Shown here piece by piece: positions 1 to 11,484 of a stretch of DNA of 64,000 bases (its first letter is position 1; the number at the start of each line of letters is the position of its first letter). This DNA comes from Pristiophorus japonicus. Lineage: Eukaryota. The position numbers and the translations under genes are program-made. The stretch is taken from the NCBI RefSeq assembly GCF_044704955.1, contig NC_091985.1:210366001-210430000 (forward strand), written 5' to 3'. The notes under the pieces were generated by a model, which was not told the DNA's origin, searched no databases, and saw only the letters and a program-made list of their open reading frames with translations.

Positions 1-1245
1 AACTGGAAGAGGACAATAAGCCAGTCGCACATGTTATATTGGAACTGGAAGAGGCCACTCATCCCATCTAACTTATTACACAGGAACAGGAGGTGGCTGT
101 TCAGCACCGAATGTTGTTAGACAGGAACAGCTAGAGGCCATTCTTCCCCTTGAGCCTGTTACATTGGATCAGGAGGATGCCATTCAGCCCTTCCATTCTG
201 TTATGTGGGAAGAAGAAGAGTCCATTCAGCCTCTCTAACATTAGAAACACAAGCAAACCACTCAGCCTTTGATTCTGTGACATGGGAACAGCAGGACGTT
301 TTTCATCCCCTCGAGCTTCTTACATTAGGAACAGGAGAAGACCACTCAGTCCCTCGGGTCTGTTACATAGGAATAGGAGTAGGCCAATTCCACCCCTCGG
401 AACTGTTAACCAGGAACAGGAGGTGACCATTCATCCCCTCAAGCCTGTTACAGAGGAATTGGAGGAGGCCATTCAGCCCCTCCTGCATGTTATATAGGAG
501 CAGGAGGAGGCCATTCAGCTCTTCGAGCTTATTATATTAGGAACTGGAGAAAGCCATTCAGCTCCTCAAGCCTATTACATTAGGAACTGGAGAGGGTCAT
601 TCAGCTCCTCGAGCCTATTACATTAGGAACTGGAGCGGGTCATTCAGTTGCTCGAGCCTATTACATTAGGAACTGGAGAGGGCCATTCAGCTCCTCGAGC
701 CTATTACATTAGGAACTGGAGAGGGCCATTCAGCTCCTTGAGCCTATTACATTAGGAACTGGAGAGGGCCATTCAGCTCCTCGAGCCGATTATATTAGGA
801 ACTGGAGAGGGCTATACAGCAACTGGATTTAAAAAGCAATAGGATGATGCAATTCTGCCCCTTGGGTCTGTTACATTAGGAATAGGACAAAGGCAATCAT
901 CCCCATGGGATTGTTTCATGGGAACAGGAGGAGGCCATTCAGCCCCTCAAGCTTGTTACATAGGAACTGGAGGAGGCTATTCAGCCCCTGGAACCTGTTA
1001 CATCAGAACTAAATGAGGCCATTCATCCCATTCTAGCCTGATACATAGGTACAGGAGGAGGTCATTCTGCCCCTAGAGGTGGTACATATGAACAGGAGGA
1101 GGCCAATAAGCCCCTCGTGTTTATAACATTAGGAACACGAGAAGGCCACTCAGTATCTCCAGTCTGTTAAATTAGGAACAGGAGACGGTTATCAGCCCCC
1201 TCGGGCCTGTTACACAGGAATAGGAGGCAGCCATTCAGCACCACA
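1..1245. repeat. 43-bp minisatellite (~29 copies) derived from the CR1 3'-tail motif
   Basis: Unit GAACTGGAGAGGGCCATTCAGCTCCTCGAGCCTATTACATTAG, near-perfect at 541-800 and degenerate outside. Its reverse complement matches the CR1 tail GGCTCGAGGGGCCGAATGGCCTACTCCTG seen many times in this window. Confidence 0.9.
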
Positions 1246-1254
1246 AACATGTTT

Positions 1255-2320
1255 AATTCGGATAACCTGTCTGTGTACCCGCACAGTGTGATAGGTACCA
1301 TACCTACTGTGTGTGAGAAGGAGCTGGTTGCACTGTTCCTTATGTCTCAGGTGGAGGAAACTTCACATTTGTTCCGGTTCCTTCAATTCCTTGCCTGTAG
1401 GAGGATAAGGTACCTCTGATCATTCAAGAACAGGAGAGGTAGAAAAGACTAAAGTGATGAATGTAATCGTTCAATTAATATTCATTATGAACATTCACAA
1501 AGGGAAGCCAGCGATACAAACAGTGTCAGAGTCTGACTCCACTGCAGTACTGCAGTACTGAGCTTCTGCACACCAAGCGTGTTGGGCAGATTTACAGCAA
1601 TTTACTGACATCCAGACACAACCCAACCCCTGCTTCAGGATGGAGCACGGACTTTTACACAGCTCAGATTGCTACTCCCCTCTCCCAGGACACTAACCGT
1701 TCAACCAGAAACAAAGAGCCGCTGTTTAAAACGTGTCCTTCACATTTCTCACCCGGTGCCTGCAATAGATGCTCCTTGTATAAATCCTCACTGTCCGGCT
1801 CTGCTTCCACCGCTCGTTGTCCAATGACAACAAACACAGTGAGACTGGAACTAAAGCAGGAACGTTCACTACTGGTTTACAGGGAGAAAGTAGCAATGAT
1901 TGTCAACAGCAGATCCTTCCCATTCTGTCTCCCTTACCCGGGACACACACTGTTCACACACAGCCCGAGAATGGCCTCTCCCTTCCCCCACTCACTCCAC
2001 GCACTGAGACCAGTTCTTGCTCCACTCCACCTGTTACACACAGACCCCGACTCCCCCTGAACTTCCCCCGGACTCAGTGCCGATCTCTGAGCCCATCTGC
2101 GGACACGCTCCCAAAGCGATGTGCTGCTGTAAGGAGGCTGCTGCTCGCTGCCTTACCCCGAGACCGCGGTGTGTCCATTCCTGGCTGTTTAAACCATCTT
2201 CTTCCGTTCACTGACTAAATGGCGCGCACAGGCTGGGCTGGGGGAGGGGAAGGCGCATGCGCTCTTCTGCTCACTGGAAATCGACTCAAGGTTCGGGGCT
2301 TAATCGCGCATGCGCAGCTC
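1255..2320 (-). other. Non-coding promoter plus spliced-exon cassette, copy 1 of 3
   Basis: Collinear with 26890-28240 and 32750-34660. Minus-strand donors at 2151-2156, 1931-1937 and ~1302-1307, acceptor at ~1760; no conserved ORF. Confidence 0.6.
2217..2315. promoter_or_regulatory. CpG-rich promoter: YY1-like site and two NRF1 palindromes
   Basis: AAATGGCG at 2217-2224; GCGCATGCGC at 2253-2262 and 2306-2315. Confidence 0.65.
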
Positions 2321-2911
2321 TGCAATAATTCAGCCTTCAAAAAGCAAAGTGCACTTTTCTCGATTTACTTTTATCAGAATCTGAGCAAAGGAACTGGGCC
2401 TGGGGGGCAAGGACAGAGAATGTTTAAAGCTGGGGGCCTTGCCCCTTTGAGATGCTCAATTTGTGATCATTCCGTGCAGGTTTTTTTTCTCTTCGTGAGC
2501 CTGTCCTCACAAAGCAATCCTGCAGAAACATCGGAGGGACGGCAGAGTAGGAGTGTTTGCTGGAACTGTGCAGGAGTTAATATCTGACAGAAACTGTCCC
2601 AGTTTAATTTAATCAGAGTGAAACATTCGGTCACTGAGAGTAATACCGAACGGCCCTGAGCTGCAAGATTACAGAGAGTACAACAGGCAAGCGAGGGTTA
2701 AATGTGGGACCTTGTTTCTCTCACTCTCTGACACTGTCTCGCAGTGTGGGACTAATAATGTGTCTGTCTGTGCTACAATATCAGTGAGAGAAGGGACTGC
2801 ATCTTCTGTCCCTCCAATGGGATCTTTCAGGATAAAACCGGACCTCACAGGTCAGTCTAGAACTGATACTGTGCACGTTTCTGTGTCTCACCGTCCTGCC
2901 TCGCACTCCAT

Positions 2912-3198
2912 TTAGGGGTAAGCCATTTAGGACCGAGATGCGGAGGAACTTCTTCACCCAGAGAGTGGTGAACCTGTGGAATTCTCTACCACAGAAAGTT
3001 GTTGAGGCCAATTCACTAAATATATTCAAAAAGGAGTTAGATGAGGTCCTTACTGCTAGGGGGATCAAGGGGTATGGCGAGAAAGCAGGAATGGGGTACT
3101 GAAGTTGAATGTTCAGCCATGAACTCATTGAATGGCGGTGCAGGCTAGAAGGGCCGAATGGCCTACTCCTGCACCTATTTTCTATGTTTCTATGTTTC
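2912..3198 (+). mobile_element. CR1 LINE 3' fragment (young subfamily)
   Basis: Nearly identical to 25200-25489; ends in (TTTCTATG)n. Confidence 0.9.
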
Positions 3199-3796
3199 CC
3201 CTGTCTCTCTCTCTCAGCCCACTCTTTCTCTCTCTGTCGCTTTCCCCTTTCTCTTGTACTGTCTGTGAAGGCGGGATTCTGTTATTTCGCGTGATGTGGA
3301 AACACTTATGAGTACAACACAATAGGAGCAGGGAGGTCTTACTGCAGTTGCACAGGGCCTTGGTGAGGTCACACCTTGAATGTTGTGTACAGTTTTGGTC
3401 TTCTAATCTGAGGAAGGACATTCTTGCTATTGAGAGAGTGCAGCAAAGGTTCACCAGACTGATTCCCGGGATGGCAGGGCTGACACATGAAGAAAGACTG
3501 GATAGAATAGACTTATATTCTCTGGAATTTAGAAGAATGAGAGGGAATCTCATAGAAACATATAAAATTATGACGGGATTGGACAGGTTAGATGCAGGAA
3601 GAATGTTCCCAATGTTGGGGATGTCCAGAACCAGAGGTCACAGTCTAAGGATAAGGGGTAAGACATTTAGGACCGAGATGAGGAGAAACTTCTTCACTCA
3701 GAGAATTGTTAACCTGTGGAATTTTCTACCACAGAAAGTTGTTGAGGCCAGTTCGTTAGATATATTCAAAAGGGAGTTAGATATGGCCCTGATGGC

Positions 3797-4150
3797 GTCG
3801 GCGAGAGGTGCGTGGAGAGACAGTCGGGACTTCGGTGAGAGGCCTATAAAAGGCACAGCAGGGAGTCCAGGGCCCAGACTCGGCGAGAGGGATGTGGAGA
3901 GGCGTCGGGAGTTCATTGGTGAGGCCTATAAAAGGCACAGCAGGGAGTCCGGGGCCCAGCGTCGGCGAGAGGTGCATGGAGAGGCGTCGGGAGTTCGTTG
4001 ATGAGGCCTATAAAAGGCACAGCAGGGAGTCCAGGGCCCAGCGTCGGCGAGAGGTGCATGGAGAGGCAGTCGGGACTTCGGTGAGAGGCCTATAAAAGGC
4101 ACAGCAGGAAGTCCTGGGCCCAGAGTCCGCGAGAGGTGCGTGGAGAGGCG
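3797..4150 (+). repeat. 82-bp TATA-containing 5'UTR monomer array of CR1 (~4.3 copies)
   Basis: TATAAAAGGCACAGCAGG starts at 3845, 3927, 4009 and 4091 (exact 82-bp period); CpG-rich. Confidence 0.9.
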
Positions 4151-4329
4151 TGCCGGTGCAGCTGCAGGGAGAAGGCAAAAAAGAAGTAGAAAGAAACAGA
4201 AAGGTGACATCACAGCCAAGGGGGTAAGTGATTGGCTGGTGATTGGGAGTAGTTTTTCGTTTTTCTTTTTTCTCTTCAAAAACAGTGAGTAAACTTTACC
4301 ATTGTTGTTGCCTATCTAAGGGTTAAGTC

Positions 4330-5277
4330 ATGGCAGGACAGCTCGGTCACATGTTATGCTCCTCCTGTACCATGTGGGAACTCAGGGATGACTCCAGTGT
4401 CCCTGACGACTACGTGTGCGGGAAGTGTATCCGCCTCCAGCTCCTGACGGACCGCGTTGTGGAGTTGGAGCTAAGGGTGGATTCACTCTGGAGCATCCAC
4501 GATGCTGAGAATGACATGAGTAGCACGTGTAGCGAGTTGGTCTTACCGCGGGTGAAGGGTCCACAGTCATATAGGGAATGGAAGACCAGCAGGAAGAGCA
4601 GTGCAAGGAAGGTAGTGCAGGGGTCCCCTGTGGTCATCCCACTGCAAAACAGATACACTGCTTTGAGTACTGTTGAGAGGGATGACTCATCAGGGGAGGG
4701 CAGCAGCAGCCACGTTCATGGCACTGTGGCTGGCTCTGTTGCACAGGAGGGCAGGAAAAAGAGTGGGAGAGCGATAGTGATAGGGGATTCAATTGTAAGG
4801 GGAATAGATAGACGTTTCTGCGGCCGCAACCGAGACTCCAGGATGGTATGTTGCCTCCCTGGTGCAAGGGTCAAGGATGTCTCAGAGCGGATGCAGGACA
4901 TTCTAAAAAGGGAGGGAGAACAGCCAGTTGTCGTGGTGCACATTAGTACCAACGACATAGGTAAAAAAAGGGATGAGGTCCTACAAAACGAATTTAAGGA
5001 GCTAGGAGCTAAATTAAAAAGTAGGACCTCAAAAGTAGTAATCTCGGGATTGCTACCAGTGCCACGTGCTAGTCAGAGTAGGAATCGCAGGCTAGCGCAG
5101 ATGAATACGTGGCTTGAGCAGTGGTGCAGCAGGGAGGGATTCAAATTCCTGGGGCATTGGAACCGGTTCTGGGGGAGGTGGGACCAGTACAAACCGGACG
5201 GTCTGCACCTGGGCAGGACCGGAACCAATGTCCTAGGGGGAGTGTTTGCTAGTGCTGTTGGGGAGGAGTTCAACTAA
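4330..5277 (+). CDS. CR1 ORF1p: zinc finger, leucine zipper and SGNH/GDSL-type esterase
   Basis: CSSC...CGKC, a Leu heptad, then IVIGDSIVR, STND and DGLH esterase blocks; 315 aa, open. Confidence 0.9.
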   Translation: MAGQLGHMLCSSCTMWELRDDSSVPDDYVCGKCIRLQLLTDRVVELELRVDSLWSIHDAENDMSSTCSELVLPRVKGPQSYREWKTSRKSSARKVVQGSPVVIPLQNRYTALSTVERDDSSGEGSSSHVHGTVAGSVAQEGRKKSGRAIVIGDSIVRGIDRRFCGRNRDSRMVCCLPGARVKDVSERMQDILKREGEQPVVVVHISTNDIGKKRDEVLQNEFKELGAKLKSRTSKVVISGLLPVPRASQSRNRRLAQMNTWLEQWCSREGFKFLGHWNRFWGRWDQYKPDGLHLGRTGTNVLGGVFASAVGEEFN

Positions 5278-5354
5278 TATGGCAGGGGGATGGGAACCAA
5301 TGCAGGGAGACAGAGGGAAACAAAAAGGAGACAAAAGCAAAAGACAGAAAGGAG

Positions 5355-8246
5355 ATGAGTACACGTGGAGGGCAGAGAAACCCAAGGCAAAGAACAAAAA
5401 GGGCCACTGCACAGCAAAATTCTAAAAGGACAAAGGGTGTTAAAAAAACAAGCCTGAAGGCTTTGTGTCTTAATGCAAGGAGTATCCGTAATAAGGTGGA
5501 TGAATTAACTGTGCAAATAGATGTTAACAAATATGATGTGATTGGGATTACGGAGACATGGCTCCAGGATGATCAGGGCTGGGAACTCAACATCCAGGGG
5601 TACTCAACATTCAGGAAGGATAGAATAAAAGTAAAAGGAGGTGGGGTAGCATTGCTGGTTAAAGAGGAGATTAATGCAATAGTTAGGAAGGACATTAGCT
5701 TGGATGATGTGGAATCTATATGGGTAGAGCTGCAGAACACCAAAGGGCAAAAAACGTTAGTGGGAGTTGTGTACAGACCTCCAAACAGTTGTAGTGATGT
5801 TGGGGAGGGCATCAAACAGGAAATTAGGGGTGCATGCAATAAGGGTGCAGCAGTTATAATGGGTGACTTTAATATGCACATAGATTGGGCTAACCAAATT
5901 GGAAGCAATACGGTGGAGGAGGATTTCCTGGAGTGCATAAGGGATGGTTTTCTAGACCAATATGTCGAGGAACCAACTAGGGGGGAGGCCATCTTAGACT
6001 GGGTGTTGTGTAATGAGAGAGGATTAATTAGCAATCTCGTTGTGCGAGGCCCCTTGGGGAAGAGTGACCATAATATGGTGGAATTCTGCATTAGGATGGA
6101 GAATGAAACAGTTAATTCAGAGACCATGGTCCAGAACTTAAAGAAGGCTAACTTTGAAGGTATGAGGTGTGAATTGGCTAGGATAGATTGGCGAATGATA
6201 CTTAAGGGGTTGCCTGTGGATGGGCAATGGCAGACATTTAGAGACCGCATGGATGAACTACAACAATTGTACATTCCTGTCTGGCGTAAAAATAAAAAAG
6301 GGAATGTGGCTCAACCGTGGCTATCAAGGGAAATCAGGGATAGTATTAAAGCCAAGGAAGTGGCATACAAATTGGCCAGAAATAGCAGCAAACCCGGAGA
6401 CTGGGAGAAATTTAGAACTCAGCAGAGGAGGATAAAGGGTCTGATTAGGGCAGGGAAAATGGAGTATGAGAAGAAGCTTGCAGGGAACATTAAGATGGAT
6501 TGCAAAAGTTTCTATAGATATGTAAAGAGAAAAAGGTTAGTAAAGACAAACGTAGGTCCCCTGCAGTCAGAATCAGGGGAAGTCGTAACGGGGAATAAAG
6601 AAATGGCAGACCAATTGAACAAGTACTTTGGTTCAGTATTCTCTAAGGAGGACACTAACAACCTTCCAGATATAAAAGGGGTCAGAGGGTCTAGTAAGGA
6701 GGAGGAACTGAGGGAAATCCTTATTAGTCGGGAAATTGTGTTGGGGAAATTGATGGGATTGAAGGCCGATAAATCCCCAGGGCCTGATGGACTGCATCCC
6801 AGAGTACTTAAGGAGGTGGCCTTGGAAATAGCGGATGCATTGACAGTCATTTTCCAACATTCCATTGATTCTGGATCAGTTTCTATCGAGTGGAGGGTAG
6901 CCAATGTAACCCCACTTTTTAAAAAAAGAGGGAGAGAGAAAACAGGGAATTATAGACCAGTCAGCCTTACATCGGTAGTGGGTAAAATGATGGAATCAAT
7001 TATTAAGGATGTCATAGCAGCGCATCTGGAAAGAGGTGACATGATAGGTCCAAGTCAGCATGGATTTGTGAAAGGGAAATCATGCTTGACAAATCTTCTG
7101 GAATTTTTTGAGGATGTTTCCAGTAGAGTGGACAAGGGAGAACCAGTTGATGTGGTATATTTGGACTTTCATAAGGCTTTCGACAAGGTCTCACACAAGA
7201 GATTAATTTGCAAAGTTAAAGCATATGGGATTGGGGGTAGTGTGCTGACATGGATTGAGAACTGGTTGATAGACAGGAAGCAAAGAGTAGGAGTAAATGG
7301 GTACTTTTCAGAATGGCAGGCGGTGACTAGTGGGGTTCTGTGCTGGGGCCCCAGCTATTTACATTGTACATTAATGATTTGGACGAGGGGATTAAATGTA
7401 GTATCTCCAAATTTGCGGATGACACTAAGTTGGGTGGCAGTGTGAGCTGTGAGGAGGATGCTATGAGGCTGCAGAGCGACTTGGATAGGTTAGGTGAGTG
7501 GGCAAATGCATGGCAGATGAAGTATAATGTGGATAAATGTGAGGTTATCCACTTTGGTGGTAAAAACAGAGAGACATTATCTGAATGGTGACACATTAGG
7601 AAAAGGAGAGGTGCAATGAGACCTGGGTGTCATGGTACACCAGTCATTGAAGGTTGGCATGCAGGAACAGCAGGCGGTTAAGAAAGCAAATGGCATGTTG
7701 GCCTTCATAGCGAGGGGATTTGAGTACAGGGACAGGGAGGTGTTGCTACAGTTGTACAGGGCCTTGGTGAGGCCACACCTGGAGTATTGTGTACAGTTTT
7801 GGTCTCCTAACCTGAGGAAGGACATTCTTGCTATTGAGGGAGTGCAGCGAAGGTTCACCAGACTGATTCCCGGGATGGCGGGACTGACCTATCAAGAAAG
7901 ACTGGATCAACTGGGCTTGTATTCACTGGAGTTCAGAAGAATGAGAGGGGACCTCATAGAAAGGTTTAAAATTCTGATGGGTTTAGACAGGTTAGATGCA
8001 GGAAGAAGGTTCCCAACGTTGGGGAAGTCCAGAACTAGGGGTCACAGTCTAAGGATAAGTTGTAAGTCATTTAGGACCGAGATGAGGAGAAACTTCTTCA
8101 CCCAGAGAGTGGTGAACCTGTGGAATTCTCTACCACAGAAAGTTGTTGAGGCCAATTCACTAAATATATTCAAAAAGGAGTTAGATGTAGTCCTTACTAC
8201 TAGGGGGATCAAGGGGTATGGCGAGAAAGCAGGAATGGGGTACTGA
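5355..8246 (+). pseudogene. CR1 ORF2 (APE endonuclease plus RT), frameshifted
   Basis: NARSI, ITETW, GDFN, SDH and RT FADD motifs. Versus the 22483 copy: 10-bp deletion at ~7336, ~5-bp deletion at ~7572, TGA at ~7617. Confidence 0.9.
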
Positions 8247-9114
8247 AGTTTCATGTTCAGCCATGAACTCATTGAATGGCGGTGCAGGCTAGAAGGGCCG
8301 AATGGCCTACTCCTGCACCTATTTTCTATGTTTCTATGAAAGGGATCAAGGGGTATGGAGAGAAAGCAGGAATGGGGTACTGAAGTTGCATGATCAGCTA
8401 TGATCATATTGAATGGGGGTGCAGGCTTGAAGGGCCGAATGGCCTACTCCTGCACCTATTTTCTATGTTTCTATGATACTGTTTCTGTTTCTCTCTCTGT
8501 TGCTATACATGACGGTGTGGCACTGTTACTGAGCGTAATATGGAGACACTGATACCAAATGTAAGACTAATAATGTGTCTGTTTCCCTCTCTTTCGGTGG
8601 TGCTGTACATGAATGTGTGATACTATTATTGAGCGTAATATGGAGACACAGTTAGGGAGTTTAAGACTGATTCTGTGTCTGTCTCTCTGTCGCTCCCTCT
8701 GATAGCTATCTCTGGGTGGTGAGCATGGTATGGATAGTTCACCAGTTACTGTGATATATCCCTCATTTTCGGAGGATAGAGAGAGACAAAGAGAGGGTGG
8801 AGGGGCGGTGAACTCATAATTTCTATTTTCACGTTAATCAAACATATTTCTGCGTACGAACAATGTAACAACTTAACAGCATATATGGGTTAAGCCAGCC
8901 ACAGCTGTGATTGGCTCCTGCCCCTGAATCTGGGGAACAGACACTGAGGAGCGCCGACCTCAGAGTGTTTAACACTTACTGAGCTGGGAAACTTCAACTA
9001 ACCCCGAGAATCGGCAGCACAGGCCGAGCGGAGAGGTAACCCTGTGCTGGGAGCTGTAAATCTGGGATAGTTTGTGCTGTGAATGTACAGATGTGAACAT
9101 TGTGTGAGCGAGAG

Positions 9115-9576
9115 TGTGTTAAAGGGGCGGGCCGGTGAGACTAACGTCACTGTGTTTGTGTGTCCGTCTCATCGCCGGATTCCAGAGTCCCTCTTGTGTA
9201 AAATTCAAAGATTTCCCTGTCACAGGATCGCCCTGCTGCCCTGCTCAGGTCTAAAGTGGGAATTAAACGTTAAGTTTGATGTGATTTCAAATTTCAATCG
9301 AAAAACGAAGAAAATGTCCGCAATCGGGTGAGAGAGCGCGATCAGTGCAGCAATGAAACGGGTTTAAATCTAAATTGCTGCCTTCAATTCGGAGGAAGCT
9401 TTCTCGACAACAAACATCCCGGTCTTCGGGACAGAAAGAGGCCAGTCTGGGAATCTGGAGGGCCCGGGTTGAATTGGAATCGGACAGTTAATGAGGAGAG
9501 AGAAACACAGAGAGGCTGGAGGGGTGGGGAGCTGATAGCAGGATGTCTCCGCCCCGTCCGCTCGCTGCCTTTAAGT
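9115..9576 (+). promoter_or_regulatory. H1 promoter elements
   Basis: TG-box-like TGTGTTA 9115-9121, H1 box AAACACA 9503-9509, GC box ~9549, TATA-like CTTTAAG ~9570. Confidence 0.55.
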
Positions 9577-9653
9577 TGCTCTGTGCCGCCGCCTCCCGTT
9601 TCATTTCTGACCGAGCTCTGACTGTCAGAGAGATTTTCCACAGAGTCGCCGAC

Positions 9654-10382
9654 ATGACTGACACTGCAGCCGCCGAAACGGCCCCTCCTGCCGCCGCCAC
9701 TCAAACCAAGGCTCCCAGCAAGAAGAAGAAGGCAGCTCCCCGCTCCAAGCATGCCGGTCCCACGTTGGGCGAACAGATCCTCAAGGTTGTGGCCGATGGC
9801 GGCGATCGCAAGGGGATGTCCCTGGCCGCGATAAAGAAGGCTCTGGCGGCCAAAGGCGTGAATGTGGAGAAGCGCGGGTCCCAGATCAGGTTCAGTATCA
9901 AGAGGAATGTGACAAATGGCTTCCTGGTGCAGACCAAGGGCACGGGCGCCTCGGGCTCCTTCAGAGTCGCTAAGAAGGAAAACCAGGGGAAAGTGGGAAG
10001 GAACGTGAAGAAACCAGCAGCCAAGAAATCTCCAGGCAAAAAACCAGTAGCCAAGAAATCTCCGACCAAGAAACCAGCAGCCAAGAAATCTCCGGCCAAG
10101 AAACCAGCAGCCAAGAAATCTCCGGCCAAGAAACCAGCAGCCAAGAAATATCCGGCCAAGAAACCAGCAGCCAAGAAATCTCCGGCCAAGAAAACGAACA
10201 CCAAGAAGGCGCCAACAGTAAAAAAGACAGCGAAAGCTGCGGCTGGGAAGAAGGCGGCAGCGGCGAAGCCCAAGAGCCCCAAGAAGGCCTCGGGCGCAAA
10301 GGTGAAGGTGGCCAAAAAGGTGGAAAAACCGAGGGCCAAGGCCAAATCAGCAAAACCCAAGAAAGCAGCGCTCAAAAAGTAA
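9654..10382 (+). CDS. H1: Linker histone H1 (242 aa)
   Basis: [12 protein letters not shown]-tail, globular domain ending [16 protein letters not shown]-rich tail, downstream stem-loop. Start moved from the ORF-track 9543 to 9654. Confidence 0.95.
   Translation: MTDTAAAETAPPAAATQTKAPSKKKKAAPRSKHAGPTLGEQILKVVADGGDRKGMSLAAIKKALAAKGVNVEKRGSQIRFSIKRNVTNGFLVQTKGTGASGSFRVAKKENQGKVGRNVKKPAAKKSPGKKPVAKKSPTKKPAAKKSPAKKPAAKKSPAKKPAAKKYPAKKPAAKKSPAKKTNTKKAPTVKKTAKAAAGKKAAAAKPKSPKKASGAKVKVAKKVEKPRAKAKSAKPKKAALKK
10008..10187 (+). repeat. 30-bp coding minisatellite in the H1 tail, 6 x [10 protein letters not shown]
   Basis: AAGAAACCAGCAGCCAAGAAATCTCCGGCC tandem copies. Confidence 0.9.
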
Positions 10383-10417
10383 ATAAAAAGTGCAACTTGT
10401 AAACATCTGAACCCAAA

Positions 10418-10458
10418 GGCTCTTCTCAGAGCCACCCACGCCTCTCAGAAAAGAGTTG
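10418..10458 (+). terminator. Histone 3' stem-loop plus HDE (H1)
   Basis: GGCTCT-TCTC-AGAGCC-ACCCA at 10418-10438; AAAGAGTTG at 10450-10458. Confidence 0.9.
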
Positions 10459-11109
10459 ATCCCCGAATCAAATGATCCCTGTCCCGGGGCCGGGCTCAGA
10501 TTTCAGACAGAAATCATTGAACATGAAGCCAGGATACCTGGTGACTCGCTGACATTGGCTGCACTCACCCCTCCCCCAGTGTCTGCAATAAAACACACAT
10601 TGAGAATGGGATGTCCGGCCCGGGCCTCACTGTAACTGGGGATGTGTTCAGCTCCAGTCTCAGTTCCTGCTCATTGTCATTTTCAGGGGGAAGAGTCTGT
10701 GAGACGGTGATACTGGCGGAGATACCCCGCCTCACAACTCAAACCCCAAACACCACATTCTCCAAATCAGCTGGAATAAGGTGTTTGTAAACTGCTGAAC
10801 CCGTCTGTGAGAGAAAGTGTGGGGAGATGGAACAAGGTCTGAGATTGACTGGGAAAGGGCTGTATATAGGCGGGAATATTCCGAGTCTGTTTCGGTTCTA
10901 TTGTCGGAAAACGGTTTGAAATTGGCGGCTGCAGAAAGCTGGAGGCGGAGCTGGAAGATCAGAGGCCGCTCACTGCTCTGTCTGTCAATCTTGACTGTCT
11001 CCTCCCCTTCCCGCCTCTCTCACACTGCGCTTTCTCAGTCAGGTCGGCTCCGGCTCTATAAAAAGGAGCCGGCAGCAATTCACTTCTCATTCAGCAGCTG
11101 TTTGAGTGA

Positions 11110-11433
<324 letters not shown>

Positions 11434-11468
11434 ATAACTCTACCCTTTTCCCCCAATCACAACATAAA

Positions 11469-11484
11469 GGCTCTTCTAAGAGCC
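11469..11484 (+). terminator. Histone 3' stem-loop (H4)
   Basis: GGCTCT-TCTA-AGAGCC followed by ACCCA. Confidence 0.9.

Larger units (their letters stand above)
3797..8338 (+). mobile_element. Full-length CR1-clade LINE (5'UTR monomers, ORF1, disrupted ORF2, TTTCTATG tail)
   Basis: 5'UTR tandem repeats, ORF1 4330-5277, APE-RT ORF2 5355-8246, 3' tail ending 8338. Confidence 0.95.
3322..8475 (+). mobile_element. 5'-truncated CR1 (3322-3796 plus 8339-8475) split by a full-length CR1
   Basis: RT C-terminus (LVRSHLECCVQFWS) breaks at GCCCTGATGGC (3796) and resumes AAAGGGATCAAGGGG at 8339. Intact copies read ...GGCTAAAGGGATC (e.g. 41228). Confidence 0.9.

Noticed and set aside
1-1245. CRISPR-like periodic array (also 28335-29511)
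   Set aside because: Head-to-tail units without unique spacers, no cas genes, vertebrate context.
1454-1536. Possible C/D snoRNA (GTGATGA...CTGA)
   Set aside because: C box is missing in the two paralogous cassettes, and the strand is opposite to the inferred host transcript.
1776-2587. ORFs of 65-133 aa in the cassette
   Set aside because: Frames not preserved among the three copies; no domain motifs.
4224-4285. Possible intron in the CR1 5'UTR (GTAAGT...pyrimidines...CAG)
   Set aside because: Only 62 nt, and the older copy has GCAAGT with no matching acceptor.
9543-9653. N-terminal extensions of histone ORFs in the track (also 12336, 14363, 15769, 17647)
   Set aside because: They start upstream of the TATA or at non-ATG codons; canonical starts lie downstream.
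9701-10435. 244-aa antisense ORF over H1, and antisense ORFs over H2A, H2B and CR1
   Set aside because: Shadow frames caused by codon bias and repeats.
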